From an uncultured virus (IMG/VR IMGVR_UViG_3300029286_000014) (taxonomy: Duplodnaviria > Heunggongvirae > Uroviricota > Caudoviricetes): 64,000 bases of DNA. The position numbers and the translations under genes are program-made. Below the pieces are notes generated by a model. It was not told the DNA's origin. It searched no databases and was given only the letters and a program-made list of their open reading frames with translations. The DNA is taken from the IMG/VR virus record IMGVR_UViG_3300029286_000014. The stretch is one strand, 5' to 3'. Below, piece after piece: positions 39,570 to 49,433 of the stretch. Each line of letters begins with the position of its first letter. The stretch's first letter is position 1.

Positions 39570-40526
39570 ATGGCAAAAGGTAGAAGCTACGAAGAGTTTT
39601 TGGAATTAACTGGGACTGGTGTTGGAATCAAAAAACAGTTGGCACCAGAGGAAGAACCATTTCACAGTATATATATTTGTGGTGAAGAAAGACAAAACCA
39701 CAAAGATATAACTGAACTGGTTGACAAGCTGCAAATTAGAGGGGTTGATTATAATAAGAACGAAGTTTTTCTTATTATAACACATGTGATTAAACCAAAT
39801 GTTAATCGTGTCTTTGATAAAGCAAAAAGATCATGGGATATTTTGTGCTCATCAAGAAAAGACACAAATCCTTGGATGGGATCTTCTGGAAGAAAATGTG
39901 TAACATCAAAAGAAAAAGTACCTGGGCATTTTTGTGCAGAGTGTAGACAATGGATTATTTTATTTGGGATTCTTTGTGAAAACAGAAACGGAAAGATTTG
40001 GGTAGGTCCTGATGGAAAACCTGAATATGCTTTTGTTGTAACAAAAGGAATGTCTTGGGACCCAACAAACACATATCTAGTTGAAGTTGCTTCAGAAGAA
40101 ATTGATCCAGTTTTTGAACCAGTTACACCAGAATCAGAAAAGTGGGAAAAGGAGAATTTTGATAATACAAAAAGAATTGTTACAATAATAAAGACAGCAA
40201 AGAAGAAATCACAGTTTAATATGCATACAGTTTTTTCTTTTGAAAAAGGTTCTGCAATTCCAAAGACCCAGTTAATTAAACTTGCTGAAATTGCAAAAAG
40301 TATTAAAGCTGGTGTTGCTGAAAAACTTGATAGAATTATCGGATATAAAGATCAGCCAGAAGCTGATTATTTTGATAATGATGAAGGTAAATCTGAACAG
40401 AGACAGTCTAAAGCTGAATCATTCGGGGAAATTCCCCCAGCAACAGAACAGAAATCAGAAACAAAAACATCACCAAAAGATGAATCATTTGATGATGCAT
40501 TTAATCTAAACGATATAGCATTTTAG
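39570..40526 (+). CDS. putative single-stranded DNA-binding protein
   Basis: Four clustered Cys; long acidic tail ending DDAFNLNDIAF, typical of SSB interaction tails. Confidence 0.5.
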   Translation: MAKGRSYEEFLELTGTGVGIKKQLAPEEEPFHSIYICGEERQNHKDITELVDKLQIRGVDYNKNEVFLIITHVIKPNVNRVFDKAKRSWDILCSSRKDTNPWMGSSGRKCVTSKEKVPGHFCAECRQWIILFGILCENRNGKIWVGPDGKPEYAFVVTKGMSWDPTNTYLVEVASEEIDPVFEPVTPESEKWEKENFDNTKRIVTIIKTAKKKSQFNMHTVFSFEKGSAIPKTQLIKLAEIAKSIKAGVAEKLDRIIGYKDQPEADYFDNDEGKSEQRQSKAESFGEIPPATEQKSETKTSPKDESFDDAFNLNDIAF

Positions 40527-40537
40527 TGAAAGTTAAA

Positions 40538-40561
40538 GGGAGGGATATTTATATCCCTCCC
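40538..40561 (+). other. perfect GC-rich stem-loop without U-tract (terminator/mRNA stabiliser?)
   Basis: GGGAGGGATA-TTTA-TATCCCTCCC just after the stop. Confidence 0.6.
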
Positions 40562-40590
40562 AATATAAAGCGAATAGTGAGGAGGATTAA

Positions 40591-41847
40591 ATGAGTAATG
40601 TTAATCGAAACAGTTCAATGCCAACGAGAATATCTCATGGCGACAGATTAGCTATATCAACAGTTTCAATTGATAGAGCAAAAGAAGTAATTAAAAAATC
40701 AATAAAAAATGTTTTAGTATGTTGGGAAAAAGGAAAAGAAGTTAAACCTCAAACATTTCATTTAATTGGCCCCGCAGGTCTTGGAAAAACAAGAATATGC
40801 AGTCAAATATGTAATGAAATAACTGAAGAGACAGGAAAAAATTTTAATTTATCTATGATAAAATCACCAACAAAATCAAGGGACGATATTCTTTGTCCTT
40901 ATCCAGTACCGCAAGAAGCAACGTTTAAAATGCTTTACTCAGACTTTGTACCAAAACAAAATCAAGAATATGGAATTTTCGTAATTGATGAATTCTCTCG
41001 CGGTGATTACAACCTACAACAATTACTTTGGGATGCTATGGATGAAAATAAAATTCATACATATAAATTTCCAAAAGGATGGTTTGTAATATGTTTAGAT
41101 AATCCAGACGATGAACAATACTCAATGAATTATGTTGAAGACGCGGCGGGAATGAGAAGAAGCTGTAAACTTTATTGTGAACTTAGTACAAAAGCATTTT
41201 TGAATTATGCAAAAGATCATGGCTTTCATTCATTGGTTGTTTCATTTGTTGAAACAAATCCAGGAATGTTATATGATTTTGAAGCACAAAAGCTAGGAAG
41301 AGTTTACGCAAATCCTGCTTCGTGGGAAAGAGTTTCTGATATATTATGGGGGTATGAGTTTGGAGATAATATCGAAAAATGTTTAACACTAATTGAAGAA
41401 ACTATATCAGGACTGATAAATACTTCTATATCCAGAGTTTTTATAGATTTTGTAAAGAATCATGAATGCGAAGTTAAACCTGAAGAAATATTTAAGAACT
41501 ATCAATTAGTCAAACCAAAAATTAAAAAATTTATTGATGAGGCAAACAATATTAAGTTAGGACAATTGATGACATCTCTTCTTAGATATTTATCATCAGA
41601 AAAACCTAAAGTAACAAATGGTGAGATTACAAATCTTAAAGATTTCATTCTTTCACTTCCATTAGATATTGGTGTAATGTACATTACAACACAATACGAA
41701 ATAAAGAATGAAGATTTTGATGGTTACATGCACCTTGCAAATATTCAAACCTCTCTAATGTCAAATCCAGAATTTAAAGAAAGATTTTATCAAGTTATGA
41801 AGGAAATTTCAGAAAGGGCACAAAAAGAAAAAACCAAAGGGAGGTAA
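40591..41847 (+). CDS. MoxR-like AAA+ ATPase
   Basis: GPAGLGKT, FVIDEFSRG, AGMRR, ANPASWE. Confidence 0.85.
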   Translation: MSNVNRNSSMPTRISHGDRLAISTVSIDRAKEVIKKSIKNVLVCWEKGKEVKPQTFHLIGPAGLGKTRICSQICNEITEETGKNFNLSMIKSPTKSRDDILCPYPVPQEATFKMLYSDFVPKQNQEYGIFVIDEFSRGDYNLQQLLWDAMDENKIHTYKFPKGWFVICLDNPDDEQYSMNYVEDAAGMRRSCKLYCELSTKAFLNYAKDHGFHSLVVSFVETNPGMLYDFEAQKLGRVYANPASWERVSDILWGYEFGDNIEKCLTLIEETISGLINTSISRVFIDFVKNHECEVKPEEIFKNYQLVKPKIKKFIDEANNIKLGQLMTSLLRYLSSEKPKVTNGEITNLKDFILSLPLDIGVMYITTQYEIKNEDFDGYMHLANIQTSLMSNPEFKERFYQVMKEISERAQKEKTKGR

Positions 41848-41848
41848 T

Positions 41849-43108
41849 ATGAATTGCGAAGAGAGGATGGGCGAATTTATAACAAAAATGGTTCTCAAAG
41901 ACTCTCTTTGGGGATACATGTTTTCCAATGTAATAAAAAAAGAATCACAAACAATAACTTATCCAATGGGGGTCATGTATGATGATGACTCCCATATTAA
42001 TCTTTTGTATAATCCAATTCTTCTAGATACAATCAATGATTCTGATCTAGAGAAGATTCTTGAACATGAAGGAACACATTTATTGAAAAAAGATTTAATA
42101 AGACTTTTTAAACTTATTGATGAATTTCCAGAGGAAAGCAGAGATAATGTTATTAAAGCTTGGAATTACGGATCGGACACTGCTGTAAATCAATTATGTA
42201 AAATGCCAAAAACAATAAAAATAAAAGGTGATGATTTTGAAGTAGTTTCTGCTGAAAAATATAATCTTCCTTTAGGACAATCATCTGAATGGTATTTTCT
42301 TAAATTCTATGACATGAAAGATGAACAGCAGAAAAATCAACAGAGTGGAGGATCCCCTCAAAATAATGGATTAGTAGGTGACCATAGCAATTGGATTCCT
42401 GAAAATGATGATGCGTCATTTATTATGAAAAAAGCGGAAAAAGAAATTCAGGATCTAGTATTTAATTCATTTAAATCTGTAAGAGACAAAGGAAATCTTC
42501 CTGGTCATATTAAAGATTTAATTGAATCTGCATTGCAATTACCAAAAGTTCCATATTATTATTTGATTAAAAAATATGTGAAAGAATGCAGAGTCGAAAA
42601 AGTAAAAAGAGCATATTCAAGACCAAACAAAAAAAGAACGATGCTTTTTTATAACGATGAATTTCCAATTCTACCTTTTCCAGGAAAAACAAAAGATGCA
42701 ACTTTTAACATTTCAATTATTGATGATACATCCGCCAGTAGATCAAAAGAGGATATGATGGAAGCTTTATCAGCATGTTCAGAAATTCTTGAAAAAGATA
42801 AAGATGTTAAAATTACAGTTATTGAAGTAGATACAAAAGTTCAAGATGAATATAAAATAAAGAAAATATCTGATATTAAACATAAGAATAGTTTTAAAGG
42901 AAGAGGCGGAACCATCTTATTTCCAGGATTGCAAAGATGCAAAGAATTAAAAACTGATGCAACTATAGTTTTTACAGATGGATTTTGTGACAACATTAAC
43001 AATATTGATAGACGATTACTACCACGAAAAATAATTTGGATTCTGGATAAGGGAGGTATAGATGATAAAATCAATAGAAGTGGTTATACTGTTAGAGTGG
43101 AGAGATAA
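41849..43108 (+). CDS. DUF2201-like metallopeptidase + vWA domain protein
   Basis: LEHEGTH, WN..SD..VN, DTSASRS (MIDAS-like), GRGGT, FTDG. Confidence 0.85.
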   Translation: MNCEERMGEFITKMVLKDSLWGYMFSNVIKKESQTITYPMGVMYDDDSHINLLYNPILLDTINDSDLEKILEHEGTHLLKKDLIRLFKLIDEFPEESRDNVIKAWNYGSDTAVNQLCKMPKTIKIKGDDFEVVSAEKYNLPLGQSSEWYFLKFYDMKDEQQKNQQSGGSPQNNGLVGDHSNWIPENDDASFIMKKAEKEIQDLVFNSFKSVRDKGNLPGHIKDLIESALQLPKVPYYYLIKKYVKECRVEKVKRAYSRPNKKRTMLFYNDEFPILPFPGKTKDATFNISIIDDTSASRSKEDMMEALSACSEILEKDKDVKITVIEVDTKVQDEYKIKKISDIKHKNSFKGRGGTILFPGLQRCKELKTDATIVFTDGFCDNINNIDRRLLPRKIIWILDKGGIDDKINRSGYTVRVER

Positions 43109-43110
43109 CA

Positions 43111-44904
43111 ATGAGTGAAAATTATACAGCAGATGATATTAAGGTTTTAGATGAGCTGACACACATTCGAAAAAATAGTTCAATGTACATGGGGTCTACA
43201 GAGACCCCAACACATCTTCTTGAAGAATGTCTTGATAATGCTTTAGATGAATGTTTTGATGGATATGCAAAAATTGTTGCTATTAACATTAACACTATAA
43301 GTAAAACATATTGTGTTCTAGATAGCGGGAGGGGAATTCCCTATGAAAAAGATACCCCCGTCATAATATCAACTAAACTATTTTCTGGGTCAAAATTTAA
43401 AGGCGATAAAAAGGCATACAAAATATGCACAGGTAAACATGGTGTAGGAATTGTAATTGCGAATGCATTAAGTAAAAAATATTCAATTGAAATTTATCGC
43501 GACAAACATGCAATCTTTGACTTTGAAAATGGTGAATTAAAATCTAAAAAAATTGAAGATTTCGAAGGGGAAAAACCATTCTCAACAAAAATTTGTTTTA
43601 CCCCAGATAAGAAATATTTTGAATCTCTTGATATTGATATTGAAAGAATTAGAAGAAGATTACTAGCAGCATCAGTGGAATTACCAGATGTTCATCTTGT
43701 TCTGATTATTGATAAGAAAAAAGAAGTTATTAAATTAAAAAAGGAAGAATTCTTTAGAAAAGAAGTATTGACATCTGCAGACACAGAAACTTCAAAAATT
43801 ATTGAGATAAAATCAAAAGATAAAATTGAAGAATTTGATATTATGTTTGCATATTCATATACGGGGGCAACCACAGCAAGAATATTTTCTGCTGTTAATC
43901 TTTTGCCTGTTTATGAAGGAGGAACACATATTTCTGTAATGAATGATTTTTTGAAGGAATATTTTGGATCTCTTCAAAAAAGAAACAATGTTAAATTTCA
44001 ACCAAGTGATGTTTTGTGTGGATTGAGAGCATATGTAACTTTGGATATTATTGACCCAGAATTTGCTAGTCAATCAAAAGAGAAACTTTCTGTTAAGAAA
44101 GATATGATTGAAAAGTTTTTGCCCAAATTGCGTATCTCATTAGATGCGCACTTCAAAGCAAATTCTGAAGAATTAACACAAATATTAACATTCTTTAATG
44201 ATTATCGACTAAAACAAGAATCAAAAAATTTGAAAAGTAAAAATGAAACAAAAAGATTATCAACCAAATTTACAAAACTTCGCGACTGTCAAGATAGAAA
44301 TGGGGAATTATTCATAGTTGAAGGTGATTCAGCAGCTGGAAGTCTTATTCAATGTAGAGACCCAAAAAAACATGCGGTGCTTCCTTTGAAGGGAAAAGTT
44401 TTAAATGTTGTTAGTAAGAAAGATATTTTTAAGAATGTAGAAGTTAATGAAATTATTCAATCTTTAGGAACTGGTGTTGCTGGAGCACATTTTGATATTT
44501 CAAAAATGAGATATAGCAAAATTATAATAGCTGTAGACCCTGATGAGGATGGAAAGCATATAGCTTGTTTGTTGATGATGATGTTATCAGTATTGGTGCC
44601 AGAAGTCGTCAAAAAAGGATTTTTATATATGTCAGCAATTCCTTTATATAGTATTATTAAAAAAGATGAATTATATCCATTATGGACTGCTGAAGAAGTT
44701 GAAACTGCTAAAAAAGAAAATGTACATTTATTAAGAGCCAAAGGGCTTGGGCAGCTTAACCCCCAACAACTTAAAGTTTTTCTTACTGATGACAAAACTA
44801 GAAAACTAATAAAAATTGAATTTTGTAAAGATTTAACAAAAATGTCAAAATTATTCAGCGATTCAAATGAAAAAAGAAAATTATTAGAAGGAGTGTGGAT
44901 ATAA
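43111..44904 (+). CDS. type IIA DNA topoisomerase ATPase/TOPRIM subunit (GyrB/ParE-like)
   Basis: ECLDNALDE, DSGRGIP, GKHGVG, VEGDSA, PLKGK, DPDEDG, KGLG. Confidence 0.93.
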   Translation: MSENYTADDIKVLDELTHIRKNSSMYMGSTETPTHLLEECLDNALDECFDGYAKIVAININTISKTYCVLDSGRGIPYEKDTPVIISTKLFSGSKFKGDKKAYKICTGKHGVGIVIANALSKKYSIEIYRDKHAIFDFENGELKSKKIEDFEGEKPFSTKICFTPDKKYFESLDIDIERIRRRLLAASVELPDVHLVLIIDKKKEVIKLKKEEFFRKEVLTSADTETSKIIEIKSKDKIEEFDIMFAYSYTGATTARIFSAVNLLPVYEGGTHISVMNDFLKEYFGSLQKRNNVKFQPSDVLCGLRAYVTLDIIDPEFASQSKEKLSVKKDMIEKFLPKLRISLDAHFKANSEELTQILTFFNDYRLKQESKNLKSKNETKRLSTKFTKLRDCQDRNGELFIVEGDSAAGSLIQCRDPKKHAVLPLKGKVLNVVSKKDIFKNVEVNEIIQSLGTGVAGAHFDISKMRYSKIIIAVDPDEDGKHIACLLMMMLSVLVPEVVKKGFLYMSAIPLYSIIKKDELYPLWTAEEVETAKKENVHLLRAKGLGQLNPQQLKVFLTDDKTRKLIKIEFCKDLTKMSKLFSDSNEKRKLLEGVWI

Positions 44905-46193
44905 TGGATAATTTAATTCCAAAATTCTACAAAGATTATGGTGAATACAGTAATCATTCTAGAGCATTTCCTCTTGACATTGATGGTGCTAAACCCATCG
45001 AGCGTAGAGTATTATTAACAGCATATGAAATATGTAGAGATCATTTTGTAAAATCTGCAAAACTTGAAGGAACCACAATGGCATGTTATTCACCTCACGC
45101 TTCATCATATTCAACTATTGTTCAATTAGTTCATCAAGGATTTATTGATGGTCAAGGAAATTTTGGAAGCAGCATTGGTTCTGAACCTTGTGATGCCGCA
45201 AGCTCAAGATACACTGAGGTTAAACTGAATAAAGAAACATTAAAAATTACTTTTTCACTGATTGATTATGTTGAAAGAGTCGAATCAGAATTAGATCCTG
45301 AACCTCCATTCCTACCAACAAAATTTCCTCTTTGTCTTCTAGGACAAGAATTTACAATGGGAATTGGTTTTGGGTTTAGAACATTCATTCCTTGTTATGA
45401 ACTTGAAGATTTGAAAAAAAGAATGCTTGCATTGATTAACAAAGAAAAACCATCAACTATTAAACCAATAACTAATTGTGAAATTTTGTCTAGTAAAGAA
45501 GACCTTGAAAATCTTCTTACTACTGGAAAAGCAACATTACGAGTAAAAGGAAAATATAAAATTGATCCATTAAAATTCAAAATTCATATAAAATCTTGGC
45601 CTCCGGGAAAAAAGTTTGAAACAATATTATCACTTTTTGAAAAAGAATTATCATCTGGTGAAATAGGGTGGGTCGATCTATCGGCAAAAACTGAAACTGA
45701 TATTGTTTTTGAGGTTGCAAGACAAAGAGGAAAAGAAGAAATTTTTAAAAAAATGGTTGAAAAGATAGATACAGTTTTAACTGGAAATATAAGTTTTGAA
45801 ATAACTGTGGTTGACTTAAATAGAAAAGTTAGAACTGCTTCTGTTGATGAAATGTTATTAAACACATTCAATATGTATAAAGAAGTAAACAAAATTATGC
45901 TTCAATCTGAAATTGCCAAGACGAATGAAAAAATTGATGAGATGAACACCTTGTTTAAATTAAAACCATTTATTCAAAAGTACATCAAGTCAGAGCTTGA
46001 AGTCGATGAGATAATAAAAAATATTTCATCTGAAAGCAAAATTGATGAAAAGATAGTCAAAGATTTGTTTGGAAAATACACAATAACAAGACTTCTTTCA
46101 TCAAGCACAGACACAAGTAATCTCCAAAAGAAAGTAGATCAACTTAAAAAGTGTCTTAACAATCTTCATGATTTTGTATTAAAACAATATTAA
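44904..46193 (+). CDS. type IIA DNA topoisomerase cleavage subunit (GyrA/ParC/gp52-like, no C-terminal pinwheel)
   Basis: RAFP..DGAKPIERR, KSAK, YSPH, GQGNFGS, SRYTE catalytic Tyr, GIGFGF. Confidence 0.92.
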   Translation: MDNLIPKFYKDYGEYSNHSRAFPLDIDGAKPIERRVLLTAYEICRDHFVKSAKLEGTTMACYSPHASSYSTIVQLVHQGFIDGQGNFGSSIGSEPCDAASSRYTEVKLNKETLKITFSLIDYVERVESELDPEPPFLPTKFPLCLLGQEFTMGIGFGFRTFIPCYELEDLKKRMLALINKEKPSTIKPITNCEILSSKEDLENLLTTGKATLRVKGKYKIDPLKFKIHIKSWPPGKKFETILSLFEKELSSGEIGWVDLSAKTETDIVFEVARQRGKEEIFKKMVEKIDTVLTGNISFEITVVDLNRKVRTASVDEMLLNTFNMYKEVNKIMLQSEIAKTNEKIDEMNTLFKLKPFIQKYIKSELEVDEIIKNISSESKIDEKIVKDLFGKYTITRLLSSSTDTSNLQKKVDQLKKCLNNLHDFVLKQY

Positions 46194-46196
46194 TAT

Positions 46197-46219
46197 TAGT
46201 TATATATATAAATTAATGA
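46197..46219 (+). promoter_or_regulatory. putative early phage promoter TAGT-TATATATAT-A-AAT-TAA-TGA
   Basis: Intergenic repeated motif. Confidence 0.6.
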
Positions 46220-46281
46220 AAGGTGATATTTGGGCATATGTTCAATATGAATATTTTTGAAGTATGCCCTCTTTCATTAAT
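46212..46281 (+). other. long imperfect inverted repeat (structured leader or small RNA)
   Basis: ATTAATGAAAG/CTTTCATTAAT, GGGCATA/TATGCCC and TTCAA/TTGAA nested pairs. Confidence 0.55.
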
Positions 46282-46336
46282 GTTTTAGACAAAATTTTTT
46301 TTAATTGTAACAAAAAAATAAAAAATCAAAGAGGAG

Positions 46337-47140
46337 ATGTTTATGAGGAAAGTTACACTATTGGTTTTGTCAGTTTTATTGTTTTGTTTTTCACAGGTTG
46401 CTTTTGCAGAAGAAAATGGAACATCAACAACGATTGATTCGCCTCAGATTCCAGATCAACCCCTACCACCTGCGGCACAAACACCAGTTCAACCACTGGC
46501 TGTTACCTATCCACAAACAAATTATAGTTATGGAGCAGTAAGATTTGGTTATGCTCCTGTCTACGGAAACATAAATAAATTCAAAGTAGATTATACAGGA
46601 GGAGGGGATGAAAAATACACAGTAGATAATTCTGAAGGTAGAAATTATGATTTGCTTTTTACCTTCAAAGAGTCTAAGGAACAAAATGGGTTATACTGGG
46701 ATATGGGATTTGGGGTCTTTACATATAAATTTGATGATATAACTTTTGAGGATGAAGGATTTTCAACTTCAGACACAGATGTTAGTGTTTCTGCATTCAA
46801 TTTTATATTTGGTGCTGGGTATTCTTTCCAATTTACTCCTTGGTATACCTTGGAGTTAGGAGGAAGAGGTGGTGTTGGTATTGCTTCGGCCTCTTTTGAC
46901 TTCCCTTATATTGGAAAATATGATGGAACAAGTGGTTACTCTGCCATGTATGAAATAGGAGCAAGAAATATTTTTCTGTTTAGAAAAATAGAATTTGGTA
47001 TTGAAGTCGGATATACTGGTTCTGTGTGTCTTGTTAATTTTTCAGATCCTACATCAGAAGGATATTGGATAAAAGAAAATGACACAACATTCAATTCAAG
47101 TGGTGGGATGGTTAAAACATTTATTGGATACAGATTCTAA
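46337..47140 (+). CDS. outer-membrane beta-barrel protein with signal peptide
   Basis: Signal peptide MRKVTLLVLSVLLFCFSQVAFA; Pro/Gln/Thr linker; alternating Gly/aromatic beta-strands; C-terminal FIGYRF. Confidence 0.85.
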   Translation: MFMRKVTLLVLSVLLFCFSQVAFAEENGTSTTIDSPQIPDQPLPPAAQTPVQPLAVTYPQTNYSYGAVRFGYAPVYGNINKFKVDYTGGGDEKYTVDNSEGRNYDLLFTFKESKEQNGLYWDMGFGVFTYKFDDITFEDEGFSTSDTDVSVSAFNFIFGAGYSFQFTPWYTLELGGRGGVGIASASFDFPYIGKYDGTSGYSAMYEIGARNIFLFRKIEFGIEVGYTGSVCLVNFSDPTSEGYWIKENDTTFNSSGGMVKTFIGYRF

Positions 47141-47151
47141 AAATTAAATTG

Positions 47152-47180
47152 AAATCCCGATGTAAAAATCGGGATTTTTT
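47152..47180 (+). terminator. rho-independent terminator
   Basis: AAATCCCGAT-GTAAAA-ATCGGGATTT followed by a T-tract. Confidence 0.8.
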
Positions 47181-47218
47181 ATTTTTGAAACATAATAAAC
47201 ATTATAAAGGAGATGTAG

Positions 47219-47590
47219 ATGAAAAGAAAAATAAGCAGAATGTTTGAATTTGAAGCAGGGCATCATCTACCAAATCATAACGGAAAATGTAGAAGTCCTC
47301 ATGGGCATAGCTACAAACTTGAAGTAATTGTATCTGGTGAAGTTGATGAGGAGACAGGAATGATTATGGATTTTTCAGAACTAAAAGAAATTGTAAATGA
47401 ACATATAATTGATGTATTAGATCATATAGATTTAAATTTAATATTTACAAATCCTACCGCTGAAGTAATGGGTAAATGGATTTGGGATAAATTAGATTAC
47501 GAAATTCGTGTTTGTCATGGCGAAGGAAGTATTTTAGACGAAATAAAACTTTGGGAAACATCAGGAGCATACTATTCACACTCGAGGTGA
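47219..47590 (+). CDS. queD: 6-carboxy-5,6,7,8-tetrahydropterin synthase
   Basis: FEAGH, KCRSPHGHSY, DFSELK, LDH, PTAE, WET. Confidence 0.93.
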   Translation: MKRKISRMFEFEAGHHLPNHNGKCRSPHGHSYKLEVIVSGEVDEETGMIMDFSELKEIVNEHIIDVLDHIDLNLIFTNPTAEVMGKWIWDKLDYEIRVCHGEGSILDEIKLWETSGAYYSHSR

Positions 47591-47596
47591 TTAATT

Positions 47597-47749
47597 ATGA
47601 AAAAAGAATTCATTGAATTAGCAATTTGTATTTGTATTTTTCTAATAGCTATGTTATTTATACGAACAAGCCAACCAATTTCTATGTTTATGATAGGTTT
47701 CATTATTGGTTATATCATAAGAGGAGGAAGGAGAAATTTTAATGAATGA
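47597..47749 (+). CDS. small membrane protein (50 aa)
   Basis: GAGGT RBS; MKKEFIELAICICIFLIAMLFIRTSQPISMFMIGFIIGYIIRGG; below the ORF-track cutoff. Confidence 0.5.
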   Translation: MKKEFIELAICICIFLIAMLFIRTSQPISMFMIGFIIGYIIRGGRRNFNE

Positions 47750-47825
47750 GATCAGACTGATGTTAATTTGGGAAGATATCATCGATTTTATTAAAAATAA
47801 AATAAAGAAGAGGGGAAAGTCATGA
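47742..47825 (+). CDS. small hypothetical peptide (27 aa)
   Basis: AAGGAG RBS; overlaps both neighbours. Confidence 0.35.
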   Translation: MNEIRLMLIWEDIIDFIKNKIKKRGKS

Positions 47826-47998
47826 GCGAATTTAGAGCACAATATGAGAAAAAAGTAGAATTGAGAAAATCTTTAAAAGATGTTGCAAAACATATAGTTT
47901 GTATGGAAGATAAAAATGATCAAAGAAGTCTTTTAGAAAAAATTAAACAAACTAAAAAAGCATTTGAAAAATGTTATAATCCAAAAATAGTTTATTAG
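47822..47998 (+). CDS. small hypothetical protein (58 aa)
   Basis: GAGGGG RBS, ATGA overlap, MSEFRAQYEKKVELRK. Confidence 0.5.
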   Translation: MSEFRAQYEKKVELRKSLKDVAKHIVCMEDKNDQRSLLEKIKQTKKAFEKCYNPKIVY

Positions 47999-48007
47999 GA
48001 GGATTCC

Positions 48008-49432
48008 TTGAAGTTTTCAAGAAAATCTGGAATCATTATCCCAAAAACATATTCTAATGAAAATTTTTATATTGATATGAAACGAGATTTAACTCGTATA
48101 TCAAAAGATTATACAGGTGTGAATTTAATAACTTTGAAGTTTTTTGTTGAAACAGATAATGAATTGATAGTTCCTAGATTTTATCCAGTTGAAAAAATTG
48201 GGGCAACGGTTGTTGATGATATATCTGATGGTGAAGATATAAAAATTGAATCAAATATAATTCTTAGAGATACTCTTCAAATTGATGCAGTAAAATTCAT
48301 GTTATCAAATAATAAAGGAATAATTCAAGCTCAACCTGGTAGTGGTAAAACCGTTGTCGGTGTTCATGTAACTTCTATTTTAAAGAAAAAAACACTAATT
48401 TTGGTTCACCGGGATAATCTTGTCGATCAATGGATAGGTCCAGGTGAACCAAATAAACCTCAAGGATTTCTTGCATTTACGAATCTTGAAAAAGATGACA
48501 TTGCAAGATTAACATCTAAAACATTTAAAGATGATTTAACAAAGTCAGTTATTGTTACAACAGACCAAACATTCACATCATTGTTAAGAAGAAATAAAAA
48601 AGAATTTTTAACTGAATTATATAAAGCTAATATTGGTATATTTATAGCTGACGAAGTTCATACAAGTGTTGGGGCACCAACTTTTGCTGAATGTTCAATT
48701 TGGATGCCTTCCAAAAGAGTTTTTGGGTTTAGTGCAACACCATACAGATTTGATGGAAACACAGATATAATAAGGCATCATCTCGGTGAAGTTTATATCG
48801 CTAAAGGTGACGCAACAGTAATGGATGCAAGAGTAACAATTATATTAACAAGGTATGGAATTGTTACATCAAAAACAAGAAAATATGTTTATTGGAATGG
48901 TCAACTAAACAAAGCAAGATATTTAAATATGTTAAGAAAATCTGAAAGATTTATGAGACTTAGTCATTCTCTTATTGAAAAATTTGTAAGAGAAGACAGA
49001 AATATTATTTATGTTTCTGATAGAAAAAATGTTCTTGAGTTATTACACAATCAGTCAAAAACTGAGGATAAATCTTTATTCATAGAATCAGCAAAGAATG
49101 ATAAATTAAAATCAAAATTGATTTTTGCAACAACACAAAAAGTTAGAGATGGTGTTGATTGCAAATCTCAGGATTGTCTTATTTTAGGATCACCAGTTAG
49201 AAATATTGAACAATTGTCCGGTAGAATTGTGAGAACTGATGAAGGAAAAAAGATACCTATAATCATTGATATTGTAGATATTGATGAACAACAAGTAAGA
49301 TTTTCAGCAAAAAATAGAATCAAATTCTACGAATCAAAAGGATGGAATGTTCAATTTTTAAGATTTACAGATGATATGAAACTAGAAATTATTTCTGTGG
49401 AACAAGCGAAAAAAATTTTGAAAGGAGAATAA
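48008..49432 (+). CDS. superfamily 2 helicase, UvsW/XPB-like
   Basis: AGGAGG RBS and TTG start; AQPGSGKT, ADEVH, FSATP, DGVD, QLSGRIVR. Confidence 0.9.
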   Translation: MKFSRKSGIIIPKTYSNENFYIDMKRDLTRISKDYTGVNLITLKFFVETDNELIVPRFYPVEKIGATVVDDISDGEDIKIESNIILRDTLQIDAVKFMLSNNKGIIQAQPGSGKTVVGVHVTSILKKKTLILVHRDNLVDQWIGPGEPNKPQGFLAFTNLEKDDIARLTSKTFKDDLTKSVIVTTDQTFTSLLRRNKKEFLTELYKANIGIFIADEVHTSVGAPTFAECSIWMPSKRVFGFSATPYRFDGNTDIIRHHLGEVYIAKGDATVMDARVTIILTRYGIVTSKTRKYVYWNGQLNKARYLNMLRKSERFMRLSHSLIEKFVREDRNIIYVSDRKNVLELLHNQSKTEDKSLFIESAKNDKLKSKLIFATTQKVRDGVDCKSQDCLILGSPVRNIEQLSGRIVRTDEGKKIPIIIDIVDIDEQQVRFSAKNRIKFYESKGWNVQFLRFTDDMKLEIISVEQAKKILKGE

Positions 49433-49433
49433 G

